From the NCBI GenBank assembly GCA_947085185.1, contig CAMTVK010000006.1:52721-116720 (forward strand): a stretch of DNA of 64,000 bases, given 5' to 3'. Shown piece after piece: positions 10,524-19,569 of the stretch. The notes under the pieces were generated by a model. It was not told the DNA's origin. It did not search any database and was given only the letters and a program-made list of their open reading frames with translations. Every line of letters starts with the position of its first letter. The first letter of the stretch is position 1. The DNA comes from Candidatus Fraserbacteria bacterium. Its GTDB lineage: Bacteria > Bipolaricaulota > Bipolaricaulia > RBG-16-55-9 > DRXL01. Both the position numbers and the translations under genes were made by a program.

Positions 10524-10880
10524 TCAACCCCTCACGATCAGGGCTACGCCCCCCAAGATGAGTGCGATACCTACCCACTGTGTGAATGACAGCGGCTCGC
10601 CCAAGAGCTTAGCCGAAATCAGAGCAACCCACACATAGCTTGTCGCAATCACCGGATACAGCACCGACAAATTGCCGTGTTTGAGCGCCACGATGAACAA
10701 GATGGCGGAAAGGCCGTAAAGGGCCATCCCGCCGAGAATCTTGAAATTCGTCAGCCAACTCCATACGCTCAGCGATATTGAGGGCGAGCCCAGCTTGAAC
10801 AACAGCTGGCCCAGTGAGCCCATCAGCGCACAAAATGCCGCCAGTGCAATCGCCCAAGCTTTGGTCTCCATCCGACTCAC
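10524..10880 (-). CDS. EamA/SMR-like small membrane protein (ArnE/ArnF-like flippase subunit)
   Basis: 118 aa, 4 [31 protein letters not shown]. Confidence 0.8.
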   Translation of the reverse strand: MSRMETKAWAIALAAFCALMGSLGQLLFKLGSPSISLSVWSWLTNFKILGGMALYGLSAILFIVALKHGNLSVLYPVIATSYVWVALISAKLLGEPLSFTQWVGIALILGGVALIVRG

Positions 10881-11827
10881 GCTCCCTTGTTCAATAAGCT
10901 TCGGAAATAGTCAAGTGTGCGGCGCAGGCCTTCTCGTCGTGTGACCTTGGGCTCCCAACCCAGCCGCTCCTTGGCCAAGCTAATGTCGGGGCAACGCACT
11001 TTAGGGTCGTCAGCAGGCAGCGGCTCAAAGACGATTTCACTGCGGCTATTGGCCAACTCAATGATCTCTTTAGCCAGCGCTAATATTGTGACCTCGTCAG
11101 GATTACCCAGATTGACCAGACCGCTCTCATAAGACTGGAGCAGCCGGTAAAGCCCCTCAATCATATCGTCTATATAGCAGAAGCTTCGGGTCTGTGTGCC
11201 GTCTCCGTAGATGGTCAATGGCTTATTATGAAGAGCTTGCCAGCAGAAGTTCGAGACAACTCGTCCGTCATGGGGGCGCATGAGTGGACCATACGTATTG
11301 AAAATGCGAGCGATTTTCACATCTAGTCCATAGCACCGGTGATAGGCCATCGTCAGCGCTTCAGCATAGCGTTTGGCTTCGTCATAACAACTGCGCGGTC
11401 CAACGGGATTGACCCGCCCCCAGTAACTCTCTGGCTGTGGGTTCACCTCCGGATCGCCGTAGACTTCGGATGTTGAAGCGAGCATAAAGATAGCCTCTTT
11501 CTGCCTTGCTAGCTCGAGCATATAATATGTGCCGAATGCCCCAGCTTGTAATGTCTCGATTGGGTATTTCCCATAATCAGAAGGGCTGGCAGGACTGGCT
11601 AGATGGAGCACATAGTCTAGCGAATCTGCAAATGAGAGGGGCTGAGTCACGTCGTGCTGCAAGAAGTGAAAGTTGGGGTTGCTCAAAAAGGGTGTTATAT
11701 TCTCCCGACGGCCGGTCAATAAGTTATCCACGCACCACACCTCATAGCCCTCTTGCACCAGACGAGCACATAAATGCGCTCCAATGAAGCCAGCTCCTCC
11801 TGTAATCAGCACTTTCTTTGCGCTCAT
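10877..11827 (-). CDS. uxs: UDP-glucuronate decarboxylase (UDP-xylose synthase)
   Basis: [53 protein letters not shown]. Confidence 0.9.
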   Translation of the reverse strand: MSAKKVLITGGAGFIGAHLCARLVQEGYEVWCVDNLLTGRRENITPFLSNPNFHFLQHDVTQPLSFADSLDYVLHLASPASPSDYGKYPIETLQAGAFGTYYMLELARQKEAIFMLASTSEVYGDPEVNPQPESYWGRVNPVGPRSCYDEAKRYAEALTMAYHRCYGLDVKIARIFNTYGPLMRPHDGRVVSNFCWQALHNKPLTIYGDGTQTRSFCYIDDMIEGLYRLLQSYESGLVNLGNPDEVTILALAKEIIELANSRSEIVFEPLPADDPKVRCPDISLAKERLGWEPKVTRREGLRRTLDYFRSLLNKGA

Positions 11828-13125
11828 GGCCGGCCTACCCCATAGTATATGAAGCCAAGCTTACGCAGCCTCTCAGGATTATAAATATTGCGGCCGTCAA
11901 ATATAACTGGTGTTTTCATTGCTCGCTTAATTCTCTCAAAGTCTGGAGTACGGAATTCACCCCACTCTGTAAGCAGTACCAGGGCTTCCGCAGCTTGCAC
12001 GCTTCCATAGTGATCATCGACATACTCGATCCGGTCACCAAAGATGGTCCGAGCCTTGTCGGTAGCCCTTGGATCATGAGCTACCACGTCCGCTCCATGT
12101 TCCAAGAGCTTTTCAATAATGGCCAGTGAAGGGGCTTCACGTATATCGTCGGTACCTGGCTTAAATGCCAACCCCCAGATTGTGATGCGGCGGCCCTTCA
12201 GATGCCCTTGGAAGTGATCGTAGATCTTCTTGAAAAAACGAAGGCGCTGCTCTTCGTTCACCATGTCGACAGCAGCAGCGATACGCAATGGGCAGCTGTG
12301 ATCTTGTCCCATCCGGACAAGGGCTTTGACATCTTTGGGCAGGCAAGAACCTCCATAGCCTACACCGGGGAAGAGAAAAGCATAACCGATACGACTGTCC
12401 GCTCCGACCCCCTTGCGTACCTGCTCAATGTCCGCTCCTAGCTGCTCGCATAAGGCGGCTAGTTCGTTCATCAGGGAGATCTTGGCAGCCAGTATCAAGT
12501 TGGAGGCGTATTTAGTCATCTCAGCGCTCCGGTGGTCCATAATAATAATGGGTTTTTCAGTGCGCACAAAGGATGCATAGAGTTCTCTCATCACTTCGGC
12601 GGCTTTCAGACTGCTGGTGCCAATAATGACTCGATCGGGCTTGAGGAAATCATTCAGGGCCGTGCCTTCTTTAAGAAACTCAGGGTTGGAGACAACTTCA
12701 AGCTCATAACGAGTATATCGAGCGATGAGTTCTCGAACCTGTTCGGCTGTCCCGACGGGTACAGTGCTCTTAAGCACGATGATCTTTGGACCATTCATGG
12801 AACGTGCAATCTTCTCCGCGACGGTAAAGACCTGGCTGAGATCAACGCTGCCATCGGGGTTGGAGGGCGTACCCACGGCGATGAAGATGATCTCAGAGTT
12901 GCGAACAGCTTCAGCAAGATCCGTAGTGAACTGGAGCCGCCCCTCTCTTATATTGCGTTCGAGCAGCTCTTCCAAGCCCAGCTCATAGATGGGTGAATGG
13001 CCTTGCTGAAGCTGAGCAATTTTCTGAGCATCGCTATCAACGCCGATAACATGGTTGCCGCTATCGGCAAAGCAGGCTGCTGCTGTCAAGCCAACATACC
13101 CTGTCCCTATGACCGCAAGATACAT
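11824..13125 (-). CDS. ugd: UDP-glucose 6-dehydrogenase
   Basis: [49 protein letters not shown]. Confidence 0.95.
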   Translation of the reverse strand: MYLAVIGTGYVGLTAAACFADSGNHVIGVDSDAQKIAQLQQGHSPIYELGLEELLERNIREGRLQFTTDLAEAVRNSEIIFIAVGTPSNPDGSVDLSQVFTVAEKIARSMNGPKIIVLKSTVPVGTAEQVRELIARYTRYELEVVSNPEFLKEGTALNDFLKPDRVIIGTSSLKAAEVMRELYASFVRTEKPIIIMDHRSAEMTKYASNLILAAKISLMNELAALCEQLGADIEQVRKGVGADSRIGYAFLFPGVGYGGSCLPKDVKALVRMGQDHSCPLRIAAAVDMVNEEQRLRFFKKIYDHFQGHLKGRRITIWGLAFKPGTDDIREAPSLAIIEKLLEHGADVVAHDPRATDKARTIFGDRIEYVDDHYGSVQAAEALVLLTEWGEFRTPDFERIKRAMKTPVIFDGRNIYNPERLRKLGFIYYGVGRP

Positions 13126-13128
13126 AGG

Positions 13129-13354
13129 CTATCGAGTTACGAGGAACACGCCACCACCGATTAATAATATACCCAAGAGCCGAGCCAGCGTAAGCGACTC
13201 CCCTAAGAATGCCCAGGAGATCAGCGGCAGAATAAGATACACTCCTCCCCCAAATAAAGGTAAAGCATAACTAATTCATGCCCTTCTTCATCAAGACCTG
13301 CCCGCTGAGAGCGAGAACCAGGACAAAGAATATCAAGAAGATGACACGGTTCAT
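13129..13354 (-). pseudogene. Internally deleted, frameshifted EamA/ArnF-like gene
   Basis: SD AGGAGG, then MNRVIFLIFFVLVLALSGQVLMKKGMN* (13354-13271); another frame reads ISYALPLFGGGVYLILPLISWAFLGESLTLARLLGILLIGGGVFLVTR*. Both halves resemble 10524-10880; the middle is missing. Confidence 0.75.
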
Positions 13355-13399
13355 TTCGTATCCTCCTGTGTTGAAACATTATAATGGCTTCGATTTCGA

Positions 13400-13690
13400 T
13401 GGTCAAGCGCTTATAGCTAGGCCATTGTGATTGCGTGGATAAGCCCAGATCATCTTGGTATATCTCCCTCTCGACAGTATACAGATACGTGAGTGGCGGT
13501 ACCAGCCAAACCAGCGCGCCTGCGCAGAGCTGATGCTGGAGAATTGCCAAGGGATTTCTGAAAATTAGAGAAAGCCATACACGCCTGAAAGCCGCTACAT
13601 ACTCGCTATCAAAATCGATGAGCTGACGATTAAAATCATGCGCATAGACTATAGAATGCATAGACGTACACACATAGGCTTTGCTCCATT
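13400..13690 (-). pseudogene. Probable internal fragment of a membrane glycan-modifying protein
   Basis: Open frame KWSKAYVCTSMHSIVY..RVWLSLIFRNPLAILQHQLC..IYQDDLGLSTQS with no proper start or SD; resembles a loop of GT-C-like membrane proteins. Confidence 0.35.
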
Positions 13691-13692
13691 TA

Positions 13693-14436
13693 TCAAACTG
13701 CTAGGAGGGCCTCATAATCATCTAAGACGGAGGCAACTTCTCCCAAAGCCTTTAGCTTCCCTTGGGAGAGCAAACACGCACGGTTGCACAGGTGTTTGAC
13801 AGCTGTTATATTGTGTGAAACAAAGACGAGTGTCTTCCCCTGACGGCGAAGCTCCATCATCCGTTCCAGACACTTCTTCTGAAAGTGCTCATCTCCTACA
13901 GCAAGCACCTCGTCAATCAATAAGATATCCGGGTCAAGATGCGCTGCGATCGAAAATCCCAAGCGTGCATACATCCCTGTTGAGTAGTTCTTAACGGGAA
14001 CATCAATGAACTCCTCAAGCTCAGAAAATTCTACAATATCCTTATAGATTCTATCAATCTCGCGGCGCGTCAGCCCATACAGCGACGCATTGAGATAGAT
14101 GTTCTCTTGCCCAGTCAGCTCGTGATGGAACCCCACCCCCAGTTCGATCATCGGCGCCACCCGCCCGCGCACGATAATTTCACCCTTGGTGGGATAGAGC
14201 GTGCGCGCGATTAATCTCAGTAATGTGCTTTTGCCCGACCCGTTTGGGCCGATCAACCCCAGCGCCTCCCCGTGCTCCACCGTTAGGTTAATGTCTTGCA
14301 AAGCCCAGAAAGGTTCACAGTGCTCTCGATAGCGCCTGTTGAAAAGTCCAACGAAGCGCTCTTTCAGTGAGTCGGCGCGGTTGTGTCGGATGAGAAATTG
14401 CTTCCAGACGTTGCGAATCTCAATAGCTGGGAGCAT
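13693..14436 (-). CDS. wzt: Polysaccharide ABC exporter ATPase (Wzt/TagH-like, no C-terminal domain)
   Basis: GPNGSGKST, ELTGQENI, YSTGMYARLGF, IDEVLAVGD; start MLPAIE coupled to wzm stop. Confidence 0.93.
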   Translation of the reverse strand: MLPAIEIRNVWKQFLIRHNRADSLKERFVGLFNRRYREHCEPFWALQDINLTVEHGEALGLIGPNGSGKSTLLRLIARTLYPTKGEIIVRGRVAPMIELGVGFHHELTGQENIYLNASLYGLTRREIDRIYKDIVEFSELEEFIDVPVKNYSTGMYARLGFSIAAHLDPDILLIDEVLAVGDEHFQKKCLERMMELRRQGKTLVFVSHNITAVKHLCNRACLLSQGKLKALGEVASVLDDYEALLAV

Positions 14437-15224
14437 CAGAGATCCTCCGCAAAGAACCGCTGCCGCCGCCGAAAGACCCAACTTCCCACCCCAAGCGCAG
14501 CTAGCGCCCACAAACTCCCCAACAGCAGCATCTGAGCATCAGGCCAGCGGCCCCAGTAGAGCATATCGTGATACGCTGTGATGTACGCTGTCATGGGGTT
14601 AAGCTCAAAGAGCCAGCGTACCCGCCCCGGAACCATCGAGAGATGATAGATAATAGGCGTCATCCAGAACAGAATCATCAGAGCGACTTCAGTCAGATAC
14701 TTGACATCGCGATAGGAGACGGTAACAGCCGAGAGAAAGAGCGCTACGCCTAGAGTGAAGACCACTTGTAAGAGCAGGACAAGAGGGTAAGCTGCTATTG
14801 CTGGGGTCCACGGCGCACCGAGAAAGACGAGCGCCGGGAAGAAGACGAGCAGCGCCAAGAGAAACTGCACAAAGTGAAAGAACACCGTAGCGATGGGCAA
14901 GATCTCACGGGGAAACGCGATCTTTTTGATGAGATTCGCATTGCCGATGATGGCTTCCGTAGAAGCTATCGCTGTCCCGCTGAAGAGATTCCACGGCAAG
15001 ATCCCCACAATCAAAAAGAGCGGAAAGTTCTCCACCTGGACGCGCAGGATGTACTTGAGCGCTACCGAGTAGACGACGATCATCATCAAGGGGTTTAGCA
15101 AAGACCACAAAAATCCCAAGAACGAGTTGCGGTACTTCACTTTAAGGTCCTTGATAACCAAGTTTTTCAAAAGCTCTTGGTAGTGGAAGACAGAAGGTCG
15201 CGTCTCAATTGCTTGGATACTCAT
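14436..15224 (-). CDS. wzm: Polysaccharide ABC exporter permease
   Basis: DLKVKYRNSFLGFLWSLLNPL, YRDV, TPIIY, NPM. Confidence 0.93.
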   Translation of the reverse strand: MSIQAIETRPSVFHYQELLKNLVIKDLKVKYRNSFLGFLWSLLNPLMMIVVYSVALKYILRVQVENFPLFLIVGILPWNLFSGTAIASTEAIIGNANLIKKIAFPREILPIATVFFHFVQFLLALLVFFPALVFLGAPWTPAIAAYPLVLLLQVVFTLGVALFLSAVTVSYRDVKYLTEVALMILFWMTPIIYHLSMVPGRVRWLFELNPMTAYITAYHDMLYWGRWPDAQMLLLGSLWALAALGVGSWVFRRRQRFFAEDL

Positions 15225-15235
15225 ACGGGCTGATT

Positions 15236-16375
15236 CTACCCAAAGCCTCGCTGGGGCTCAAGGTTGCGATACAAAGCCCGCACCCGGCTTATCATCTGCT
15301 CCACCGTGAAATGCTCGAGTGCCCGACGTCGCCCTGCTTCTCCCATGCGCTGCCGCGTCTCTGCTGAGCTGAGAAGGTGCTTCAGGGCACTTCGGAGAGC
15401 AAGGGCATCCTCAGGGGACACAAGCAGCCCTGTGACGCCCTCTTCGACAAGCTCAGGCACCCCGCCCACCCGCGTCGCGATCACCGGCAGTCCCGCAAGC
15501 ATTGCCTCGATGATCGTCAGTGGCATCCCCTCCCAGAGCGACGCAAGCACGAAGATATCTGACGCCTTCAAGATCTCCGGCACGTCATGGCGCTCGCCTA
15601 AAAACGCGATCTGCTCACCCAAGTCCTGAGCGTGCACGATTTTTTCTAAGCGCGAGCGCCGAGGGCCTTCTCCAACAATCCAGAGCTGCCATCCCGGCGC
15701 TTTCAGCCCTTCCCACGCGACAATGAGAGTTTCAAAATCCTTTGGCGGCGCCAGGCGCCCGACCATCGTGACGATCCCTGCCACGTTGCTTGCTCCAAGC
15801 CTACCCCATAGCACTCTCTTATCAGTTGGAGTGCAGAACGGCTCTGGCTCAAGTCCATTGGGGATCACGACGAGCTTCTCATGAGAAACCACACCAAAGC
15901 GCAACGCCAGCTGACGATCATATTCTGAGACACAGATGATCTTCGTCGAGAGCAGTGCAGGCAGGCGCTCAGCTTGAGCCAGCAACCATCGCCAGAGCCA
16001 CGGCCGACCTTCAGAGAATGCCCAGCCGTGAGCCGTAAACAGAATCACGGGCACCTTCGCAAAAGAAGCTGCTAAACGGCCTAGCAGCCCTGCCTTTGTG
16101 CTGTGCGTGTGCACGATATCGAAGCGCTTGGCTTTTATAAGCCGATAAAGCTTCCAGAGAGCACCAAGATCTTTCACGGGGTGCAGCAGGCGACATAGCT
16201 CAGGGATCTCTACGACGCAGATACCGAGCGCCCGCAAACGCTCTACCAAAATCCCCCCTGGCGCACATGCTACAGTGATCTCATACTCCGATCGCAGATA
16301 TTTTGCTAATAGATAAACAATATGCTGAGCACCACCCCATTCCGACAATGTTACTACTTGCAGTACTTTTTTCAT
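15236..16375 (-). CDS. GT4 glycosyltransferase
   Basis: GGAQ, HTHSTKAG, TAHGW, VGRLAPPKD, EGMPLTIIEAM. Confidence 0.92.
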   Translation of the reverse strand: MKKVLQVVTLSEWGGAQHIVYLLAKYLRSEYEITVACAPGGILVERLRALGICVVEIPELCRLLHPVKDLGALWKLYRLIKAKRFDIVHTHSTKAGLLGRLAASFAKVPVILFTAHGWAFSEGRPWLWRWLLAQAERLPALLSTKIICVSEYDRQLALRFGVVSHEKLVVIPNGLEPEPFCTPTDKRVLWGRLGASNVAGIVTMVGRLAPPKDFETLIVAWEGLKAPGWQLWIVGEGPRRSRLEKIVHAQDLGEQIAFLGERHDVPEILKASDIFVLASLWEGMPLTIIEAMLAGLPVIATRVGGVPELVEEGVTGLLVSPEDALALRSALKHLLSSAETRQRMGEAGRRRALEHFTVEQMISRVRALYRNLEPQRGFG

Positions 16376-16377
16376 CG

Positions 16378-16405
16378 TGTAGATGGTCAAGAGATCGCTA
16401 CCCAG
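16378..16405 (+). repeat. Left-end copy of inverted-end motif (TGTAGATGGTCAAGAGATCGCTACC)
   Basis: 20/25 identical to 60510-60534; core is the approximate reverse complement of 19506-19531 and 60633-60658. Confidence 0.6.
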
Positions 16406-16578
16406 TCCGCATTGTAAATAATACAGCCCTGCGTCGCTCTCTTCAACAACTCCCGCTAGGGTCTAACAGTTGACCAGCTGCCCTGCCGCGGAAAGAGTAC
16501 GCCGCGAGATATCACGCCATCCCCCTGCTGGCGGAGATAGAGTTGGATTTGCCCTTCGCAATAGTTTACAATAAAACT

Positions 16579-16652
16579 CTATGGAGCGCAGCCGTGACTG
16601 GATGGACCAAGGGAATCACTGCGAAGTTGCAGCAGGAGGAAAAAGAACATGA
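16579..16652 (+). pseudogene. HEPN gene 5' stub (MERSRDWMDQ...), direct repeat of 17169-17201
   Basis: 31/33 bp identical to 17169-17201; both preceded by GTTTACAAT; stop overlaps the hicB ATG. Confidence 0.65.
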
Positions 16653-16861
16653 TGGGAAGGGAGATCATCTTTATGGTAGAAGAATCCCCAGAGGGAGGAT
16701 ATGAAGCGCACGCTTTGGGCCATGCTATCTTTACGGAAGCTGACACCTTTGAAGAGCTGAAGGGAAAAGTACGGGACGCTGTGCACTGCCACTTTGATGA
16801 GGCTGAGCGTCCGGCCGTTATTCGATTGTACTTGGTAAGAGAAGAAGTCTTCGCAGCATGA
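16649..16861 (+). CDS. hicB: HicB-like antitoxin (short form)
   Basis: EESPEGGY.A.ALG..IFTEADTFEEL..VRDAV; SD AGGAGG; ATGA overlap with hicA. Confidence 0.8.
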   Translation: MMGREIIFMVEESPEGGYEAHALGHAIFTEADTFEELKGKVRDAVHCHFDEAERPAVIRLYLVREEVFAA

Positions 16862-17109
16862 AACTCCCCCGTGATCTTGGTGGAGAAGAGCTGGCACAGC
16901 TTTTGGCCCGCTATGGATATCGAATCGTGCGGCAGACAGGAAGTCATATGCGACTCCTCTCTTCCACCAAAGATGTTGAGCACCGAGTTACTATACCAAG
17001 ACATAAACCCCTTCGAGTAGGCACCTTAAGCAAAATTCTCAAAGAAATAGCATCCTATCTGGAGATCGATTACCAAGAATTTTTGAGAGAATTGTTCCAA
17101 AAGGACTAA
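16858..17109 (+). CDS. hicA: HicA toxin (mRNA interferase)
   Basis: RQTGSHMRL..VTIPRHKPLRVGTL. Confidence 0.9.
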   Translation: MKLPRDLGGEELAQLLARYGYRIVRQTGSHMRLLSSTKDVEHRVTIPRHKPLRVGTLSKILKEIASYLEIDYQEFLRELFQKD

Positions 17110-17134
17110 ATTCGTGAAGTCACGGTACAATGAG

Positions 17135-17163
17135 TTGCTTTAAGCTATAAGGATGTTTACAAT
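17135..17163 (+). promoter_or_regulatory. Sigma70-type promoter, probably leaderless
   Basis: TTGCTT-17bp-TACAAT, 7 nt before ATG 17171, no SD. Confidence 0.6.
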
Positions 17164-17170
17164 GAATGCT

Positions 17171-17275
17171 ATGGAGCGCAGCTGCGACTGGATGGACCAA
17201 GCGAGAACGATCCGTTATGCCGAGCAGATCATCAACTTTTGTGCAGGTCTTCTATCCCAAGCTGAGCCAAGCTGA
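17171..17275 (+). pseudogene. HEPN toxin gene collapsed by in-frame deletion (34 aa)
   Basis: MERSCDWMDQA|RTIRYAEQIINFCAGLLSQAEPS: start and end mirror intact HEPN 18567 (MPNRAQDWLRQA...AVSYAREILEFVRAQMA), with the same kind of overlap into an MNT gene. Confidence 0.75.
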
Positions 17276-17567
17276 AGTCATCACACGTCTCAGAGAGGGG
17301 CTGAAGGAGCTGCGAAAGCAGTTCCCCATCGCCCGGGCAGTGCTGTTTGGCTCCTACGCCAAGGGGAATTATACCGTGGGCAGCGACATTGATTTGATGA
17401 TCGTCTACGAGGGGGAGGCACGACCCGACGCCTATGCTCTCGTGAAGAAGATCCTTGATCTGCCACGCCTGGAGCCCCATCTGTATACTAAGACAGAATA
17501 TGAGAGACTCGGTGAGACGCTCCGCAAGATGACTGAGGGCGGGATCGTGCTGGTGGGGCGCTCATGA
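17217..17567 (+). CDS. Minimal nucleotidyltransferase (MNT) antitoxin
   Basis: LFGSYAKGNYTVGSDIDL (GSX10DXD). Confidence 0.88.
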   Translation: MPSRSSTFVQVFYPKLSQAEVITRLREGLKELRKQFPIARAVLFGSYAKGNYTVGSDIDLMIVYEGEARPDAYALVKKILDLPRLEPHLYTKTEYERLGETLRKMTEGGIVLVGRS

Positions 17568-18550
17568 GCATCTTCTGGGTTGTGCTGCTTGTGTCGGGCG
17601 GAAGCGCCTTTTTCTTACTACGCATTCTCATCCCCAAGCTCGCGCAAGCGGGAATCGTCGGAAAAGATATGAACAAGCCCGGCCAGCCTCCCGTGGCCGA
17701 GATGGGCGGGCTCGGGATTGTACTCGGCTTTGGAGCAGGCGTGCTCACGGTGATCGCCCTCAAGACTTTTCTCAAAATAGAGGTACTGACGACGGTGAGC
17801 GTTGCCGAGCTCCTTGCCGTCTTATCTACCGTCTTGGTGATCGCGCTCGTTGGGATGTTGGACGATCTCATTGGGGTGCGCCAAGGCTGGAAGGCGATCA
17901 TACCCGCTCTAGCCGCCGTCCCCCTCATCGCTCTTGCGGTAGGCCAGACCACTATGAGATTGCCCCTTATCGGCACCGTGAATTTCGGGATCTTCTATCC
18001 TTTGGTGCTTGTGCCGGTGGGCGTGACCGGTGCGGCGAATGCGTTGAACATGCTCGCGGGATTTAATGGGCTAGAAGCGGGCATGGGCGCTATAGCTGTG
18101 GCCGCCCTCGCAACAATCGCTGTTCGTTTAGGGGAGATGACGGCGTTGGCGCTCCTGCTTGCGGCGTTGGGGGCATTGGTGGCAACGCTCTACTTCAATT
18201 GGTATCCTGCTCGAGTCTTCATTGGCGACGTGGGGACGCTCACCATCGGCACGATGATTGCCACAGCCGTGATCGCGGGGAACTTCGAGTGGGCCGGCGT
18301 GATTGTGATCATCCCTCACGCTCTAGATTTCGTGCTCAAAGCGCGCAAGGGGTTTCCCAGCACCGGCTGGCATGGAGAGTATCGTGAGGGCAAGCTCTAT
18401 TGTCCTGAGCACGGCCCGGTAGGGCTGGCCCAATTGATCTTGAAGCTCGCCGGAGGGATGCACGAGCGCACGCTCGTCTTAGTCTTGATGGGTTTTGAAG
18501 CCCTCTGTGGCCTGCTGGCGATCTGGGTCTATTGGCGGGCTGTGATCTAG
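17564..18550 (+). CDS. UDP-GlcNAc:polyprenol-P GlcNAc-1-P transferase, GPT/AglH(Alg7)-like
   Basis: GKDMNKP..AEMGG, GMLDD, NALNMLAGFNGLEAG, FNWYPARVFIGD; many TM segments. Confidence 0.88.
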   Translation: MSIFWVVLLVSGGSAFFLLRILIPKLAQAGIVGKDMNKPGQPPVAEMGGLGIVLGFGAGVLTVIALKTFLKIEVLTTVSVAELLAVLSTVLVIALVGMLDDLIGVRQGWKAIIPALAAVPLIALAVGQTTMRLPLIGTVNFGIFYPLVLVPVGVTGAANALNMLAGFNGLEAGMGAIAVAALATIAVRLGEMTALALLLAALGALVATLYFNWYPARVFIGDVGTLTIGTMIATAVIAGNFEWAGVIVIIPHALDFVLKARKGFPSTGWHGEYREGKLYCPEHGPVGLAQLILKLAGGMHERTLVLVLMGFEALCGLLAIWVYWRAVI

Positions 18551-18560
18551 CGTGTATACT
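18532..18560 (+). promoter_or_regulatory. Sigma70-type leaderless promoter
   Basis: TTGGCG-17bp-TATACT, 6 nt before ATG 18567. Confidence 0.55.
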
Positions 18561-18566
18561 AAGAAT

Positions 18567-18950
18567 ATGCCCAATCGCGCTCAAGACTGGCTCCGCCAAG
18601 CCCAGCGAGACCTCGAACAAGCCGAAGACTCTCGCCAGGCCGGACGACACGAATGGGCGTGCTTTGCCGCGCAGCAAGCTGCCGAAAAGGCTGTGAAAGC
18701 CCTCCATCTGCACCTTGGACAAGAGGCCTGGGGGCACGTCATCGCCAAGCTCCTTAGCGAGCTCCCCACACCACCTCCAGAGGACCTGATCGAAAAGGCC
18801 CGAACACTCGACAGCTTCTATATCCCCCCACGATACCCTAACAGCCATCCCGAAGGAGCACCGTTTGAACATTACGGTCCGTTGCAGAGCAAGGAGGCCG
18901 TCAGTTATGCCCGTGAGATCCTTGAGTTCGTCCGTGCTCAGATGGCCTGA
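18567..18950 (+). CDS. HEPN domain protein (toxin)
   Basis: DWLRQAQRDL, WACFAAQQAAEKAVKA, WGH, RYPNSH (RX4H). Confidence 0.92.
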   Translation: MPNRAQDWLRQAQRDLEQAEDSRQAGRHEWACFAAQQAAEKAVKALHLHLGQEAWGHVIAKLLSELPTPPPEDLIEKARTLDSFYIPPRYPNSHPEGAPFEHYGPLQSKEAVSYAREILEFVRAQMA

Positions 18951-19314
18951 CGCCCACACCGTAGATGCAGCCGTGCGCCGCTGGGCTTCTCATATCGCAC
19001 GCCAGCACCCGGAAGTCGTCCGCGTGGGCTACTTTGGCTCCTATGCCCGCGGCGACTGGGGCGTCGGCAGCGATCTCGATATCATTATCATGGTAGACCA
19101 AGCGGCACGGCCCTTCCCAGAGCGTCCTCAAGCATGGGACACTACAGAACTTCCCGTCCCTGCAGATCTGTTCGTCTATACCGTCGCCGAATGGCAGAGG
19201 CTGCAGGGGCGATTCCGCCAGACAATCTCCAGGGAGGTCGTCTGGGCCTATAACAAGTGCCAAGGCTATGAAAACCAAGAGAAAGAATCGCGCAGTCACT
19301 CTCAGTATAGCTGA
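18907..19314 (+). CDS. MNT antitoxin
   Basis: YFGSYARGDWGVGSDLD; overlaps the HEPN 3' end. Confidence 0.88.
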   Translation: MPVRSLSSSVLRWPDAHTVDAAVRRWASHIARQHPEVVRVGYFGSYARGDWGVGSDLDIIIMVDQAARPFPERPQAWDTTELPVPADLFVYTVAEWQRLQGRFRQTISREVVWAYNKCQGYENQEKESRSHSQYS

Positions 19315-19510
19315 GCTCTTCCCGCCCCAGGGGCAGTGGACGGAGCGAGATTATTTCGCCCTTCCCGATACGAATCGCTATCTGGAGCTCTCCGAGGGGA
19401 GGTTGATCATACCGCCGCATCCAACCTATAGCCATCAAGACGCCTTGAAGCGCTTGTTCTTGCGGAGGATGCCCGCTTTCTTGAGCCATTTCCACACCTC
19501 CCCCTGGTAA
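19268..19510 (+). pseudogene. Truncated Uma2 (DUF820) endonuclease
   Basis: WTERDYFALPDTNRYLELSEGRLII.P.P..SHQ is a Uma2 N-terminus; the catalytic PD-(D/E)XK part is missing; frame ends in the repeat motif. Confidence 0.75.
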
Positions 19511-19531
19511 CGATCTCTTGGCGCAGGGACC
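19506..19531 (+). repeat. Right-end motif GGTAACGATCTCTTGGCGCAGGGACC
   Basis: 26/26 identical to 60633-60658. Confidence 0.9.
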
Positions 19532-19539
19532 GGGAGAAG

Positions 19540-19569
19540 TTGACGCCGGGGCAGTCCATCGCGTACAAT
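19540..19569 (+). promoter_or_regulatory. Sigma70-type promoter for lgt
   Basis: TTGACG-18bp-TACAAT. Confidence 0.6.

Noticed and set aside
13221..13673. 150-aa ORF as a real gene
   Set aside because: Appears to be a chimera of a gene fragment and an alternative frame over the broken EamA gene.
16395..16416. ops/JUMPstart element before the glycan operon
   Set aside because: GGGTAGCG only partly matches GGCGGTAG; better explained as the inverted-end motif.
16564..19531. CRISPR array or integron attC cassettes
   Set aside because: Only two copies of each repeat, no regular spacers, no attC-type cores, no cas or integrase genes.
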